Shown: positions 28,341 through 43,594, counted from the first letter of the stretch. The stretch is 64,000 nucleotides of DNA from the human T2T-CHM13v2.0 reference genome, Homo sapiens (GCF_009914755.1 NC_060929.1), one strand, 5' to 3'. Numbers and translations are program-made. Notes: generated by a model from the sequence alone, not told the origin.

Positions 28341-28654
28341 GGCTGGGCACAGTGGCTTATACTTGTAATCCCAGCACTTTGGAAGGCCAAAGTGGGAATA
28401 TCACTTAAGGCCAGGAGTTCAACACCAGCCTATTCTCGCAATATAGCAAGACTCCATCTCTACAAACATTTTTTTGAAAAATAGCCAGGCATGGTGGTGC
28501 GTGCCTGTAGTCCCAGCTACTCAGGAGGTCAAGGCAGGAAGATCCCTTGAGCCCAAGAGATTGAGGCTGCAGTGAGCTATGATCTCATGACTGCATTCCA
28601 GCCTGGGCAACAAAGACCCTGTCTCTAAAAACAAAAAAGAATAAAAGAAATAAA
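28341..28654 (+). mobile_element. AluJ
   Basis: Dimeric Alu with gatcccttgagcccaagagattgaggctgcagtgagctatgatc (J-type). Confidence 0.88.
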
Positions 28655-29640
28655 TGATACTTGGATGTCCTATAGTCCACTTGATATTGAGTCAAAAACA
28701 TTTATGAAAAATAAAAAATGTCTATAAGGCACACTTAAAATTTTTTTAATGAAAATAACTTTGTCGAGTCCTATGCCTAAAAGGGGATAGAGATAGATAG
28801 TTATTCTTAAATTTAGAGTGCCTACTCTATTGAATAGAAGAATATCAATAAGAAATTTGGCACTCTTTTAGTTTTTGAAATATTAATATCTGGGAATATT
28901 TAAAAAGGTTAACATAGGAACATCTTTCTATTTTTTCATCTCTTAGGCTTATAATTCATTTTAGAGTACAGATACATTTATTATCTCATTTTGTTTTCAA
29001 AACATTCTGCAATGGAGATATTCCTCCCAGCCACACTTAGAAAACTAAGGCTCAAGTAGATGAAGCAATTTTCCCAGCATCATACAGTGTTTCAAGATAG
29101 AGCAAAGACAAAATTTAGCTCATGCCACTCTTGCAGTTTTTACAGAATGCCTATTGTGCACCAAGTGCCAGCTGCCAGAGACAGAGATGGATAAAATGAA
29201 GCTTCACTGTACCTTGCCAGCTACTCCCCCATGTCCTTCCTTTACTTAGGCCTCCATCTCTCTTGGATACAAGTCTCTTTGCTTAATTTGAAAAGGGCTG
29301 ACAAAGCTGTGATACCTACAATAACATCAACAGTAGCAGTTTCCCTAAAGAGCCCATATGTGTAAGGGAAGGTGGGAGAGGAAGGGGTCTACACCAAAGG
29401 CAGACCCTATTGGCAATCACTCATCTATTTCTGTGACCCTGGATGAACAATTTTAATTCAGTTCTTCATATTATGAAGCTCCCAAGGCCCAATTCTTCCA
29501 CTATATTTGGACTGCTTTTGAAATTAGATCATTAATATGTTGAACCTAGTTGAGACTAGTCATGGCTCATGGTTCATAGTTTGTTCACAACCTGTGCAGG
29601 GGCACAGGGATGAACTAAGTGACATTTGGGTATCGTATAC

Positions 29641-29662
29641 AGTAGTAGTAGTAGTAGTAGTG

Positions 29663-29695
<33 letters not shown>

Positions 29696-29709
29696 CTGCT
29701 ACTACTACT
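29641..29709. repeat. (GTA)n microsatellite followed by a short inverted (TAC)n
   Basis: About 18 AGT/GTA units with one GTG interruption, then ctgctactactactc. Confidence 0.9.
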
Positions 29710-29825
29710 CAAAGTGGGGTTTTGGACAAACAGCATAAACTACTGAATCAAAATCTCTGAGAGTGGGATCTAGCAATTTGTGTCTTACCAAGCCCTTGAG
29801 AGAGGCTATAGCATAAGAATCACTG
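29643..29825 (+). mobile_element. MER5A-like hAT MITE (internally deleted)
   Basis: ctactcaaagtgggg…cagcat…ctactgaatcaaaatctctg…agaatcactg; 8-bp TSD GTATACAG at 29635-29642 and 29826-29833. Confidence 0.7.
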
Positions 29826-30536
29826 GTATACAGCTATAGAATTCTTTTCCTCTACTATTTGGACAGAAATAGTGTTATGAATGTTCCTAGCAAAAATAGA
29901 ATCCATCCATCAATGTAAAAGTTAATTCAAGAACATGTTTTACTTGAATCATTACCAGTCTATCTTTAATTATTATTACCTTTATCCACAGCAAGCTTTA
30001 AAATCTCTAAGTTTAATGTCCAAGCAAGCTCTCAGTACTGGTTAGTGCCATGTGAATAAATATATACTCCATATTAATAACATTGAAAGTTGAACTATAT
30101 GACATTTCTCTCAATTCACCCTCATCTCATTGCTGTTTCCAAAAGTATTATGTGTGTTGATATTGTCTCTTCTGTTGGAGTATGAAAAATGAGTGCCAAA
30201 ATGTTTATATTTATTCCATAAGTAATAAAGTAATGAAGGTTTATTATTTTTAAACTTTCATTTTAGGCTCAGGGTACATGTGAAGGTTTGTTACATAGGT
30301 AAATTCGTGACATGGGGGTTTGTTGTACAGATTATTTCATCACCCAGGTATTAAACCCAGTACCCAATAGTTACCTTTCTGCTCCTGTCCCTCCTCCCAC
30401 CCTCCACACTCAAGTAGACTCCAGTGTCTATTGTTTCCTTCTTTGTGTTCATGAGTTCTCATAATTTAGCTCCCACTTATAAGTGAGAACACGCAGTACT
30501 TGGTTTTCTTTTCTTGCATTGTTAGTTTGGGAACTC

Positions 30537-30864
30537 TTGAGGCTGCAGTGAGCTATGATCTCATGACTGCATTCCAGCCTGGGCGACAAAGACCCTGTCT
30601 CTAAAAACAAAAAATAATAAAAGAAATAAATGATACTTGGATGTCCTATAGTCCACTTGATATTGAGTCAAAAACATTTATGAAAAATAAAAAATGTCTA
30701 TAAGGCACACTTAAAATTTTTTTAATGAAAATAACTTTGTCGAGTCCTATGCTTAAAAGAGGATAGAGATAGATATGTTATTCTTAAATTCAGAGTGCCT
30801 ACTTATTGAATAGAAGAATATCAATAAGAAATTTGGCACTCTTTTAGTTTTTGAAATATTAATA
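30537..30864 (+). repeat. 328-bp direct copy of 28561-28888 inserted in the L1 3' UTR
   Basis: Base-by-base match from ttgaggctgcagtgagctatg to ttgaaatattaata with about 7 differences. Confidence 0.95.
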
Positions 30865-31838
30865 ATAAATAAAGGTAACAGCCTTATCCATTTTCCTGCA
30901 AGAGACATAATCTCATTCTTTTTATAGCTGCATAGTATTCCATAGTGGATATGTACCATATTTTATTTATTCAATCTTTCATTGATGGGCATTTAGGTTG
31001 ATTCCATGTCTTTGCTATTGTGAATAGTGCTGCAATGAACATTCACGTGCATATGTCTTTATGGTAGAATGATTTATATTCCTCTGGTTATATACCCAGT
31101 AAAAGGATTTCTGGGTCAAATAATAGTTCTGCTTTTAGCTTTTTGAGGATATACTGCTTTTCACAATGATTGAACTAATGTTCACTCCCACCAACAGTGT
31201 ATAAGTGTTCCCTTTTCTCCAAAACCTTGCCAACATCTGTTATTTTTTTTACTTTTAAATAGTACCATCTCCTACCAATCAGAATGGCTATCTCATTGTG
31301 GTTTTGATTTGCATTTCTCTGATGATCAGTGATATTGAACTTTTTTTCATATGCTTGTTGGCCGCATGTATGTCTTCTTTTGAAAAATGTCTGTTTATGT
31401 CCTTTGCACACTTTTTAATGGGGTTATTTTTCTCTTGTAAATTTAGGTTCCTTATAAATGCTGGATTTTAGACCTTGTAAGATGCATGGTTTGCAAAAAT
31501 TTTCTCCATTTTGTAGGTTGTATGTTCACACTGTTGATAGTTTCTTTTGCTGTGCAGAAGCTCTTAAGTTTAATTAGATCCCATTTGTCAATTTTTGCTT
31601 TTGTTGCAATTGTTTTGGTGTCTTCGTCATGAAATATTTGCCAGGTCCTATGTCCAGGATGGTAATGCCTAAGTTGTCTTCCAGGGTTTTTATGGTTCGA
31701 GGTGTTTACATTTAAGTCTTTCATTGATCTTGAGTTGATTTTTGTATATGGCATGAGGAAGGGGTCCAGCTTCAATCTTCTGCACCTGCCTAGCCAGTTA
31801 TCCCAGCACCATTAATTGATTAGGAATTCCTTTTTCCT

Positions 31839-33066
<1,228 letters not shown>

Positions 33067-36000
33067 GAATTCCTTTTTCCATTGCTGTTTTTGGCAGCAT
33101 TGTTGAAGATCAGATAATCATAGGTGTGTGGCCTTGTTTCTGTGCTGTGTATTTTGATCCATTTGTCTGTGTACCTGTTTTTGTGCCAGTACCAAGCAAT
33201 TTTGGTTACTGTAGCCCTGTAGTACAGTTTGAAGTCAGGTAATATGATACCTCTAGCTTTGTTCTTTTTGCTTAGGATTACCTTGCCTATTCAGGCTCTT
33301 TTTTGGTTCCATATGAATTTTAAAATATATTTTTCTAGTTATGTGAAGAATGTCATTGGTAGTTTGATAAGAATAGCATTGACTCTAAATTGCTTTGGGT
33401 GGTATGGCCATTTTAATGGTACTAATTCTTCCTATCTATGAGCATGGAATGTTTTGCCATTTGTTTGTGTTTTCTCTGATTTCTTTGAGCAGTATTTTGT
33501 AATTCTCGTTACAGAGACCTTTCATCTCCATAGTGAGCTGTATTCCTAGGTATTTTATTCTTTCTTTGGCAATCTGAATGGGATTGCTTTCCTGATTAGA
33601 CTTTTGGCTCGGCTGTTGTTGCTGTATAGGAATGCTAGTGATTTTTATACAGTGATATTTTATCCTGAAACTTTGCTGAAGTTGTTTATCAGCTTCAGAG
33701 GTTTTGGGCTGAAACTATAGGGTTTTCTCTATATAGAAACATATCATCTGCAAAGAAGGGTAATTTGAATTTCTCTGTTCCTATTTGGATGCCCTTTATT
33801 TCTTTCTCTTGCCTGATTGCTCTGGCTAGGACTTTTACTACTATGTTGAATAGGAGTGGTTTGGGCATCTTTGTCTTGTCCAGGGTTTCAAGGGGAATGC
33901 TTCCAGCTTTTGCCTATTCACTATGATGTTGGCTGTGGATTTGTCATAGATGGCTCTTATTATTTTGAGGTATGTTCCTTCAACACCTAATTTATTGAGA
34001 GTTTTTAACATGAAGTGATGTTGAATTTTATTGGAAGGCTTTTCTGAATCTGTTGAGATAATCATGTGGCTTTTGTCTTTAGTTCCATTTATGTGATGAA
34101 TCACATTTATTGAATTGTATATGTTGAACCAAACTTGCATCCTGGTGGGAAGCCTACTTGATCATGGTGGATAAGCTTTTTGATGTAGTGCTGCATTCGG
34201 TTTGCAAGTACTTTGTTGAGGATTTTTACATTGATGTTCATCAAGACATTGGCCTGAAGTTTTCTTTTTTATTGTGATTCTGCCAGGTTTTGGTATCAGT
34301 ATGATGCTGGTCTCATAGAATGAGTTGGGGAGAAATCTCTCCTACTCAATTTTTTGGAATAGTCTCATTAGGAATGGTACCAGCTCTTCTTTGTACATCT
34401 GGTAGAATTTGGTTATGAATCCATCAGGTCCTGGGCTTTTTTTGGTTAGTACTGAGCTTTTTTTGGTTTATACTGATTCAATTTTAGAGCTCATTAGTAG
34501 TCTGTTCAGGTAATCAATTTATTCCAGTTTCAGTCTGGGGAGGATGCATGTGTCCAGGAATTTACCTATCTCTTTCAGGTTTTCTAGTTTGTGTGCATAG
34601 AGTTATTTGTAGTAGTTTCTGATGGTTATTTTTATTTCTGTGGGGTCAGTGGTAACATTCCCTTTGTTATTTCTAATTGTGTTTATTTGAATCTTCTCTT
34701 TATTCTTTATTACTCTAGCTAGCAGCCTATCTATCTTATTAATTTTTTTCAAAATAAAACTAAACTCCTGGATTTGTTGATCTTTTGAAAGAATTTTAGG
34801 TCTCAATTTCCTTCAGTTCAGCTCTAATTTTGGTTATTTCTTGTATTCTGCTAGCTTTGGGATTGATTTGTTCTTGCTTCTCTAATTCTTTCAGTTGTGA
34901 TGTAAAGTTGTTAATTTGAGATCTTTCTAACTTTTTGATGTAGGCATTGAGTGCTATGAATTTCCCTCTTAACACTACCTAAGCCATGTCCCAGAGATTG
35001 TAGTATGTTGTATCTTTGTTCTTATTAGTTTCAAAGAGCTTCTTGATTTCTTCTTAATTTCATTATTTATCCACAAGTCATTCAGCAACATGTTGTTTAA
35101 TTTCGGTGTAATTGCATGGTTTTGAGTGATTTTTTCTTAGTCTTGACTTTTATTCTTATTGTGCCATGGTCTGAGAGCGTGTTTGGTATGATTTTGATTC
35201 TTTGGCATTTGCTGAGGATTGTTTTATGTCCAATTAAGTAGTCAATTTTAGAGTGTGTGCCATGTTGCAATGAAAAGGATGTATGTTCTCTTGCTTTTGG
35301 GTGGAGAGTTCTTTAGAGATCTGTCAGATCCATTTGGTCCATTGTTGAGTTCAGGTCCTGAATACTTTTATTAATTTTCTGTGTTGATGATCTAATACTA
35401 TACCTGGAGCACTGAAGTCTCCCACTATATTGTGTGGGTGTCTATGTCTCTTTGTAGGTCTCTAAGAACTTGCTTTATGAATCTGGGTGCTCCTGTGTTA
35501 GGTGCATATATATTTTGAATAGTTAGGTCATCTTGTGGAATTGAACCCTTTACCATTATGTAATGCGCTTTGTTATCTTTTTTTTTTTTTAATCTTTGTT
35601 GGTTTTAAGTCTGTTTTGTCTGAAATTAGGATTGCAACCCCTGCTTTTTTCTGTTTTCCATTTGCTTGGTATATTTTCTTCTATCCCTTTATTTTGAACC
35701 TACAGGTGTCATTACATGTGATATGGGTCTCCTGAAGACAGCATATCATTGGGTCTTGCTTTTTATCCAGCTTGCTGCTCTGTGCCTTTTAAGTGGGGCA
35801 TTTAGCCTATTTACATTTAAGGATAGTATTGATAAGTATGAATTTCATCCTGTCACTGTGTTTTTAGGTGGTTATTATGCTGGCTCGTTTCTGTGATCGC
35901 TTTATGGTGTCACTGGTTTGTGTATTAAAGTGTATTTTTGTATTAGCTGGTAGTGTTCTTTCCTTTCTATATACAGTGTTCCTTTTTAGATCTCTTATAA

Positions 36001-39000
36001 GGCAGATATGATAATAATGACCTCTCTCAACATTTGTTTATATAAAAAGGATCTTATTTCTTCTTCACTTAGAAAGCTAGTTTGGCTGGATATTAAATTC
36101 TTGATTAAGGTTTTTCTCTTTAAGAATGTTTATATAGATTCCCAGTTTCTTCTGGCTTGTAGAGTTTCAGCTGAGAGGTCTGTTGTTAGCCTGATGGGTT
36201 TCCCTTTGTAGGTGACCTGCTCTTTTCTCTAGCTGCTTTCACATTCTTTTTTTAATGTCAACCTTGGAAAATCTGACAATTATTTGTATTGGGGTTGATT
36301 TTGTGTGGAGTCTTGCAGGAGTTGTCTGTATTTCCTGAATTTGACTGTTGGCCTCTCTAGCAAGGCTGGGGAAGTTTTCATGGACCATATCCTGAAATAT
36401 GTTTTCCAAGTTGTTTGCTTCCTCCCCCCGCCACTTTAAGTGATGCCAGTGATTCGTAGATTTGGCCTCTTTACATAATCTCATACTTGTCGAGGTTTTG
36501 TTCATTTATTTTTATTCTGTTTTCTTTATTTTTGTCTGACTCTCTTATTTCAGAAAACTTCTGAATGGTCTTTAAGTTCTGAGATTCCTTCCTCAGCTTG
36601 GTTTATTCTACTGTTAATACTTGTGACTGCATTGTGACATTCTTGTGTTGTGTTATTCAGCTCTGTCGGATCCACTAAGTTCTTTTTATACAGGCTCTTT
36701 CCTCCTTCAGCTCCTGTATCATCTTATTGTGATTCTTACTTTCCTTCAATTGAGTTTTGCTGTTCTCCTGAATCTTGATGATCTTAGTTCCTATTCATAT
36801 TCTGAATTCTATTTCTGTCATTTCAGCCAGTTCAGCCTTGTTGAGAACTCTATTTGGAGAGCTGGTATGGTCATCTCTAGGACATACAACACTCTAGCCA
36901 TTTGAGATACTGGAGTTCTTGCATTGTTTCTTTCTCATCTCTGTCTGTGGGTGTTCCTTTAACTGCAGTATAGATTGAGTGCAGTCAATAGACTTCTATT
37001 CTGGATGTTTTCACAGAGCCGAGGCTTTGTGCAGCATTTTTATTTGAAGCTGACTTTTTGTCTTTGGTTTCAGAATAGGGTATGTTAGCGAGGTGTTTTT
37101 GGTGTCAACGCTTTGGGGTGTGATCCAGTAAGTGGCATTTATGCATATTGGTCAGTTGGTAGACTCTTGCTTGGTTATGTGCCTCCCCTGTGTTTCTTCA
37201 CAGGTGCAGCCATGTTACCTTTCAATGCTCTGAAAGTGTGGGTTTCTCTCCCCCTTCAGTGCTGGCTGTAGATAGTGACTTGGCATTCCTTGGCTGCCCA
37301 TTCCCACTCTGGGGCAATCTCAGTGTTTATGTTCCTTCCCCAATTTGGAGGCAGCAGAGGAAGGGACCTTAGTAGTGGTTGTGATCAAGGGTCTTTTGCT
37401 TATCTTCTGGGGGCTCCACCCCAGAGAGATGCAGTCAGCCCAGAATGGAGGATCTGTGCCATGGGCCCAAGCCAGGGGTTCCCTGTCTGGTGATGAGCAG
37501 TAGTGGGTGGCTGGGACCCATGGGAGACAGTCTGGCCTCCTCTCCTTAGGTTGACTGCAGCTTGTTGGAGACATGAATAAGACCTTTAGGGTCTTTGCTT
37601 CTTTATTATTCCAAGGGTAACAAGGGCAGTTCCACTGCAGAGGCAGTGGCAGAGAGGCTTTTGGTTGCCCCTGGGGGCTCTGTCCAGGGAGCTGCAGAGC
37701 TGCTACTGGCTCAATAGCCCTGGTGGGGCGTGGCTGAAGGCCCAGGCCTAGAGGACCTACCCAGTGAGGAGATGTGGAAATGGGAACCCACATAACAGTC
37801 TGGCCACTTTTCAATAGGGCTGCTGCCATGTGCTAGGGGCCCACTCCAGTCCCTAGTCACCTCAGATTTTCTGGTACCTAGAGATATCAACAATGAAGGC
37901 TGCAAAACAACAAAGATTGTGGCCTCCCCTTCCCTCTGGGAGCTCCATTCTAGAGAGGTACAGACCAATTGCCAGCCTAAATGCACCAGTAGGAGGTGGC
38001 TGGAGACCACAGCTGGGAGGTCCTCCCAAGTGAGGAAGAATGGGATTAGGACACCTCCTTTAAAAAGCAGTCTGGCCATGTTTTTACAGAGCAGCTGTGC
38101 TGTGCTGGGGGTCCAGTTCAGTCCCTGGTCACCTCAGACACTCCAAAGCCCAAAGGTTGGAACAGCTAAGTCACCCAAACAGCAAAGATGGAGACCTGCC
38201 TTTCCTTCTTGGAGCTCTCTTCCAGGAAGGTTGGAACAGGTTTTATTTCTTAATAGACCACCATGTCCACAGAAAACTCTGAACTCACTGATAACGCCTG
38301 CTTTCAACTTCACCTCAGTTATTCATATAATTTTTCTTCTTTAAGAAAAAGTTTAAATCTTTTTTGAAAAATAATCATGTACAAGACTCAATTCAGCTGA
38401 AGATCATCTGAACTCATAATGAAAATTTTGAATTGTTGTCAGTGGTAGCTCTGGCAGGGCCCAATGAAGGTTTTTTTGTGCTATTTCAAAATTGTATCAT
38501 TGTTTACATTTCAAAGAGATTTTACATTATTTTAAGGATAAATTTATGTTATTTAATATCTCTTACTATATCCTATTTTTTCCTAACAGCAGAAAGAAAT
38601 TGTTGGTATTGTGTAGAAAGTCTTTATAAGTGATATTCTTATATTGTTTCTAAATAGTTATTTTAAAAATTAATAAGTAAATCACAGAAAGTACTGTCTA
38701 CCTGTAGTCTAAAATATGTGTTTAAAATAATAAGACAAAAAATTAGTAACTTTTTAGCTTATACCTTCAGCAAATATTACAAATGATGCCTCAGTGGCCC
38801 AATCTTATTTGTCTTCACAAACTGTAACTTAGCAAAGAAATATCATTTTCTCCCACTCATAACTCTTCACCCCTACACAAATATTTATGTGTATTCACAG
38901 GTTAAGTTCTAATTTTGAAGTTTTTTGTGTTTGGAAAGACAAATGTGATGGTTTTCTTTGATGAGGTTCACAAAGGCATATATGACACTTATTTCTTCGT

Positions 39001-39444
39001 GTAGTCACTCTGCTTGTAGAAATTTATTCCCTTCCACTGACACCTCACTTCACAGACCACAAGCCAAACAAAGTTGCATTTCTAAGGGTACGTCAGGGTA
39101 TTTAAAATGAAAAACTTGAGTTATATATAAAACTGGATGACATATACTAACAAAGTTTTGGAGCAGGACTCTCTGTCAATAAGGGACGTACTGGAGATTT
39201 TAGGAATCTATACAAAGAGACAGAACTACCTCCAAGGGAATCCACACTTGGATGAGTAAACATGGTAAGCCAAAGGACTCAAAAGCCCTTTTAAACAGTT
39301 GAAATCTGAATTAATTTCAGCCTGGTGAACAGTATTCAATACTACAAGGGAAAGGTTGAGAAGTTGGAACTGCCACAAAATGAACATTAAAAACCGTGAG
39401 TTACAAGAGGAACAATGTGAGTAGAAACAGTCGTAGACTCATGG

Positions 39445-39600
39445 AAGCTTTAGGAGAAAGATTACTTTATAGATCATCATCTGGTCTGACTCTTTCATTT
39501 CACAAATGAGGAATCTCAGTGAAAGACATAAAGTCACTGTTCAAGGTCACTTTCCTGTGACACAGTTTGCACCAGCAGCCCTGAGTATCCACATTCCTAA
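39445..39600 (-). mobile_element. MIR/MIR3 fragment
   Basis: agatcatcatctggtctgactctttcatttcacaaatgaggaatctcag…tcaaggtcac. Confidence 0.55.
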
Positions 39601-41059
39601 ATGTTTCCACTACCCCACTGAGATGACAGAGTGGTAAAGGACGCATGAAGAAGAGACAGAAAGTAGATTATCAGGACATAAAGAAAGTTTGAGAGGTTGA
39701 ATTAGGAAAACAAAATCCAGAGTGGAAATTGGGATGAGACTTGCAGTGTCATGAAGTGAATCAGGGTAAAAATAGTTCAGGAGTTTCTGAAAGTGGCAAT
39801 AAACAAAAATCAAAGTTGAGCAGTGGAAATACTGTTGGGTTTATTTAAAGATCCCTGTTCTTTCCAAGGTGCAGAGAATAACTGGAGGTGGTTTTAATGG
39901 AGCTAGAGACTCAAAACTTGTGGAAGCTATGGCCATAAGCTGTAGTGCAGAGGAACTCTAGTAGAGGACGGATGTGTAGCACATTATGACTGTGGGGTAC
40001 AGGAGCCCAGGTGGTTGCAAAGAAGCCAGTCCCATTCCTAATGGCTAGCTTTGGTGAGTAGGTGGAAGACAGGTGTTTAAAAAGAGGAGCAAAGCAGACA
40101 TTGTTAAGTATAATCCACTTCTTTGGTCCATCTGCAGCCTGCCTGCCCTGAGTACACCCAGCTCTAGCCTTTTGGTCAAGTACATTCTCTGATTGTCCAG
40201 GAGGTACAGCACCATTTTGGAACATGCCAGAGCATCAAGGTCCTCTTCACACCGGGCAGTATTTTTCATCCGAATCCCTCACCTCTCAATGAATAAGCAT
40301 TTCAGTTGGTTATCTGGTACACATACCAATAATACTGATTGAAACAAAATGATCTAAACAATATATTCTCATGTGAAACTTGTAATAGAAAATATCCAAG
40401 TAAAGAATTCCATATGAAAGGCAGATCAAAATACATCAATCAACCATAAAATAAATAAATTTCATAGTTCCAAAGATAAATCAGCTTTCAACTCTAAATG
40501 TTACCCTAACCAGTTTTTCTTCGCCAAAAATATGGGATAGAAAATTTGAATCTTTAAAAAAAACCTCACAAGTCACCCTAGTTGGCAGACTGTGTCTTTC
40601 CACAGATACTTGCCATTGGTTATCTCCTAGGGAGCAAGTTTCAGCATTTGCACTCTTAGTAAATTTTTCTAGCAGCAGCCTATCTCAAAGAGACATTAAG
40701 ACAGGCTGGACAGACAAGGCTGGTAGAGAGTTAAGAATTAAGGACTATTTTTTCAACTACTATTATCATTATATAATTAGTTTATGAATGACTTAAGTTT
40801 ACTGGCACTCTGCTAGGTATCATCCAGAAAGCACTCTTCTGTAGGAGCCCACATGTTCAGAACAAAATAATTTGGATAATTTGAGTTCTAAAAATCCTCT
40901 TGAAATTTTCTGTAGCCCAAGAGAATAAGTAGCAGGTTTATTTGTTCAGGTGAATGAGTAACGGATTTTGAAGAGAGAGCTCTGTCTGATCAATGGAACC
41001 ATCTGCCCTAGTCTTATCTCTGAAATAAGCAAAGGGCTTGGATGAATGCATAGCATAGT

Positions 41060-41427
41060 ATATAATAGCTGGGGTTGCCATTACAAAATACCATTGATTG
41101 GGTGGCTTAAACACCACTTATTTCTCACAGTTCTCAAGGCTAAGCAGTCCAAAATCAAGGTGTCAGTAGATTCCATTTTTGGTGAGGGCTTTCTTCCTGG
41201 CTTCCAGACAGCTGCCTTCTCACTGTGTATTCACAAAGTGGAGAGACAGCAAGAGAGAGCAAATTCTCTGGTCTCTTCCTATAAACGTATTAATCCCATC
41301 ATGAGAACCCCACCCTCATGACCTCATCTAAACCTAAATACCCACCAAGACCATTCCTCCTAATACCATCACACTGGGGGTTATGGCTTCAACATATTTG
41401 AGGGACATAGAAATTCAGTCCATAACA
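41060..41427 (-). mobile_element. MLT1A-like MaLR solo LTR
   Basis: tatttctcacagttctcaaggctaagcagtccaaaatcaaggtg…catgacctcatctaaacct…attcagtccataaca. Confidence 0.82.
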
Positions 41428-41912
41428 GTATGCCATACCAGCACCATTTCCACTAAACTAAGAACAAGACATTTTTATTTTCCTTCCGATATATATTTTG
41501 GTAAACACAGACATTGATAATAATCCCTGTAAATTAGATTCTTAATATTCTTAGGAAAAATCATGATTTAATTTTAAAATCTGGAAAGTTGTTTCTTCTC
41601 CAATTAAATGTATTTTCACTGTTGGATGGCTTAGTCAACAGCATGCATGCTGCTGTGAGCAGCAAGAGTCCCCCAAATTAGAGGAACGATTTATTGAACC
41701 TCAGCTGGGCTCATATTAGCATTCTAGCCCACAAAAATGCTTTTTGTTTTACAAACTTTTGGAAATTTCCACCTTCAATATTGATATTAACTACACAGAG
41801 GGTAAGATTAAAAGAATGGAAATTATAGTTAGTGCTTCTCCTTCAAATATATTATGTGCTGGTGAAAAAAAGCAGGAGGAACCAACTCTGCCTTAGCAAT
41901 TATTTACTTCTT

Positions 41913-41988
41913 TGCTGCTGCTGCCTCTGCCTCCTCCTCCTCTTCCTTCTTTTCTTCCTCTTTTCCCATCCTCCCCCTCTTCCCTTCT
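41913..41988. repeat. Polypyrimidine low-complexity tract (GCT/CCT/CTT)
   Basis: tgctgctgctgcctctgcctcctcctcctcttccttcttttcttcctc…. Confidence 0.7.
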
Positions 41989-42059
41989 GTGAAAATTAAA
42001 CAAAACCCAATTTTGGTTACTTATGCACTTTCATAAGAAGTAAAGCAATAAAGGAGAGA

Positions 42060-42330
42060 GATAGATGCCTCACTCTGTCACCTAGGCTGAAGTACAGTGG
42101 CAAGATTGTAGCTAACTACAGCCTCAGCTTCCAAGGCTCAAGTGATCCTCCCACCTTAGCCTCCCAAGTAGCTGGGACTACAGGTGTACACCACCATGCT
42201 CATCTGATTTTTGTATTTTTTGTAGAGAAAGGGTCTCATTATGCACCCAGGGTAGCTTCAAACCCCTGGGCTCAAGCAATCCTCTGGCCTCAGCCTCCCA
42301 AAGTGCTGGGATTATAGGGATAAGCCACCC
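42060..42330 (-). mobile_element. AluJ
   Basis: Antisense dimeric Alu (ctcactctgtcacctaggctg…gggctcaagcaatcctc…aaagtgctgggattatagg). Confidence 0.85.
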
Positions 42331-43200
42331 CCCTTGTTCAAAGTAATACTCTTAAATGGGGGATGGATAAGGAAATCTCTTTCTTCTTTGGCTCCAAAGT
42401 AATGCTAGACAACTAAACTCCTATCAGATGTATCATTCTCATTGAAAACTAGTAAGATTTCACATTAATCCATTTTTATTATCTTTTCTTCAATACACAT
42501 AGTAAGAAAAGCCAAGAGGGAAAATGTAGAGAGATAGCAAAATTCCATTTAGCAGAAAAATGGCATTACTCCATAGCAGTGACAAACAGAAATCTTAATA
42601 ATTATTAATATCTCAATAATTTTTGATGATAAAAATGAGCTAACCTTTAAGCCCTTGAGTTAAAGCTAAGTGGAAGCCAAAATATGTATGACTGAGCCCT
42701 CAATTATCCACTGATGCAGACAGATGGACAAACCTTTCCTGATGCTGGAATTTCCTCATTATTTTAAGGCCATTTTATCCAGGATGTTAATGCTGTGAAA
42801 TATTTTCTATATTTTATATAGGACTTTTAAAAGGTTTTCTCATATTTCTGGGTAAAGTTTTCTAAATGTGCTCTATGGAAATTTCCCCAGCAAAAAACTA
42901 TATCCTGACTTTAACTTTTATGTGAAACATATGCCTCTCCTTCTGGCTCCTCCACATTCTTTCACAAACGTGTAAGTCATAGAAGCAACTTCAAGAGGTT
43001 TGTGTCTAGACTGTAGGTGGATATGGCTTTCAGAGATAGAACAGGAAGCCAGGACCAGGAAAAATAGGGCAAGACTAAAAATAAATGTCAGACACCATGC
43101 AAGGAGCGTACCCAGTGAGTGACTGAAAGGACAGGGCTCCACAGTCTGGAGGCAGTGCGAAGTCAGTGTAACACCAGAGATGGAGCAAACACTAAGTGGG

Positions 43201-43594
43201 TGATAGGGTTTGGATTTGTGTCCCTGGCCAAATCACATGTCAAATTGTAATCCCCAATGTTGGAAGAGGGGCTTTGTGGGAGGTGATTGGCTCATGGGGG
43301 TAGATTTCCCCCTTGCTGTTTTCGTGATACTGAGTTCTCTTGAGATCTGGTTGTTTAAAAATGTGTAGCACCACCCACTTCTCTCTTTTCCTCCTGCTTA
43401 TGCCATGTAAGATGTGACTCCTTCCCCTTCACCTTCTGCCATGATTGTAAGTTTCCTGAGGCCTCCCCAGCCATGCTTCCTGTATAGCCTGCAGAACCGT
43501 AAGCCAATTAAAACCTCTTTTCTTTATAAATTACCCAGGTTCGGGTATTTCTGTATAGCAATACCTTCCTTGCGTATTACAATGGACTAATACA
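43201..43594 (+). mobile_element. MSTA/THE1-type MaLR solo LTR
   Basis: tgatagggtttggatttgtgtccc…tgtaagtttcctgaggcctccccagccatg…ggactaataca; near-TSD gtggg/gtgag. Confidence 0.88.

Noticed and set aside
29537-29746. Poly-valine ORF
   Set aside because: Translation of the (GTA)n microsatellite.
37190-38344. Overlapping 120-170 aa ORFs in a GC-richer stretch
   Set aside because: They lie in the old L1 5' UTR, where higher GC lowers stop frequency; no recognisable protein motif.
39911-40269. Overlapping minus-strand ORFs and a GTGAGT donor-like site near 40054
   Set aside because: No recognisable homology and no convincing paired acceptor, so an exon cannot be supported.
41639-41652. 14-bp perfect palindrome CAGCATGCATGCTG
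   Set aside because: Built on a (CATG/GCAT) micro-repeat; a few such palindromes are expected in 64 kb.
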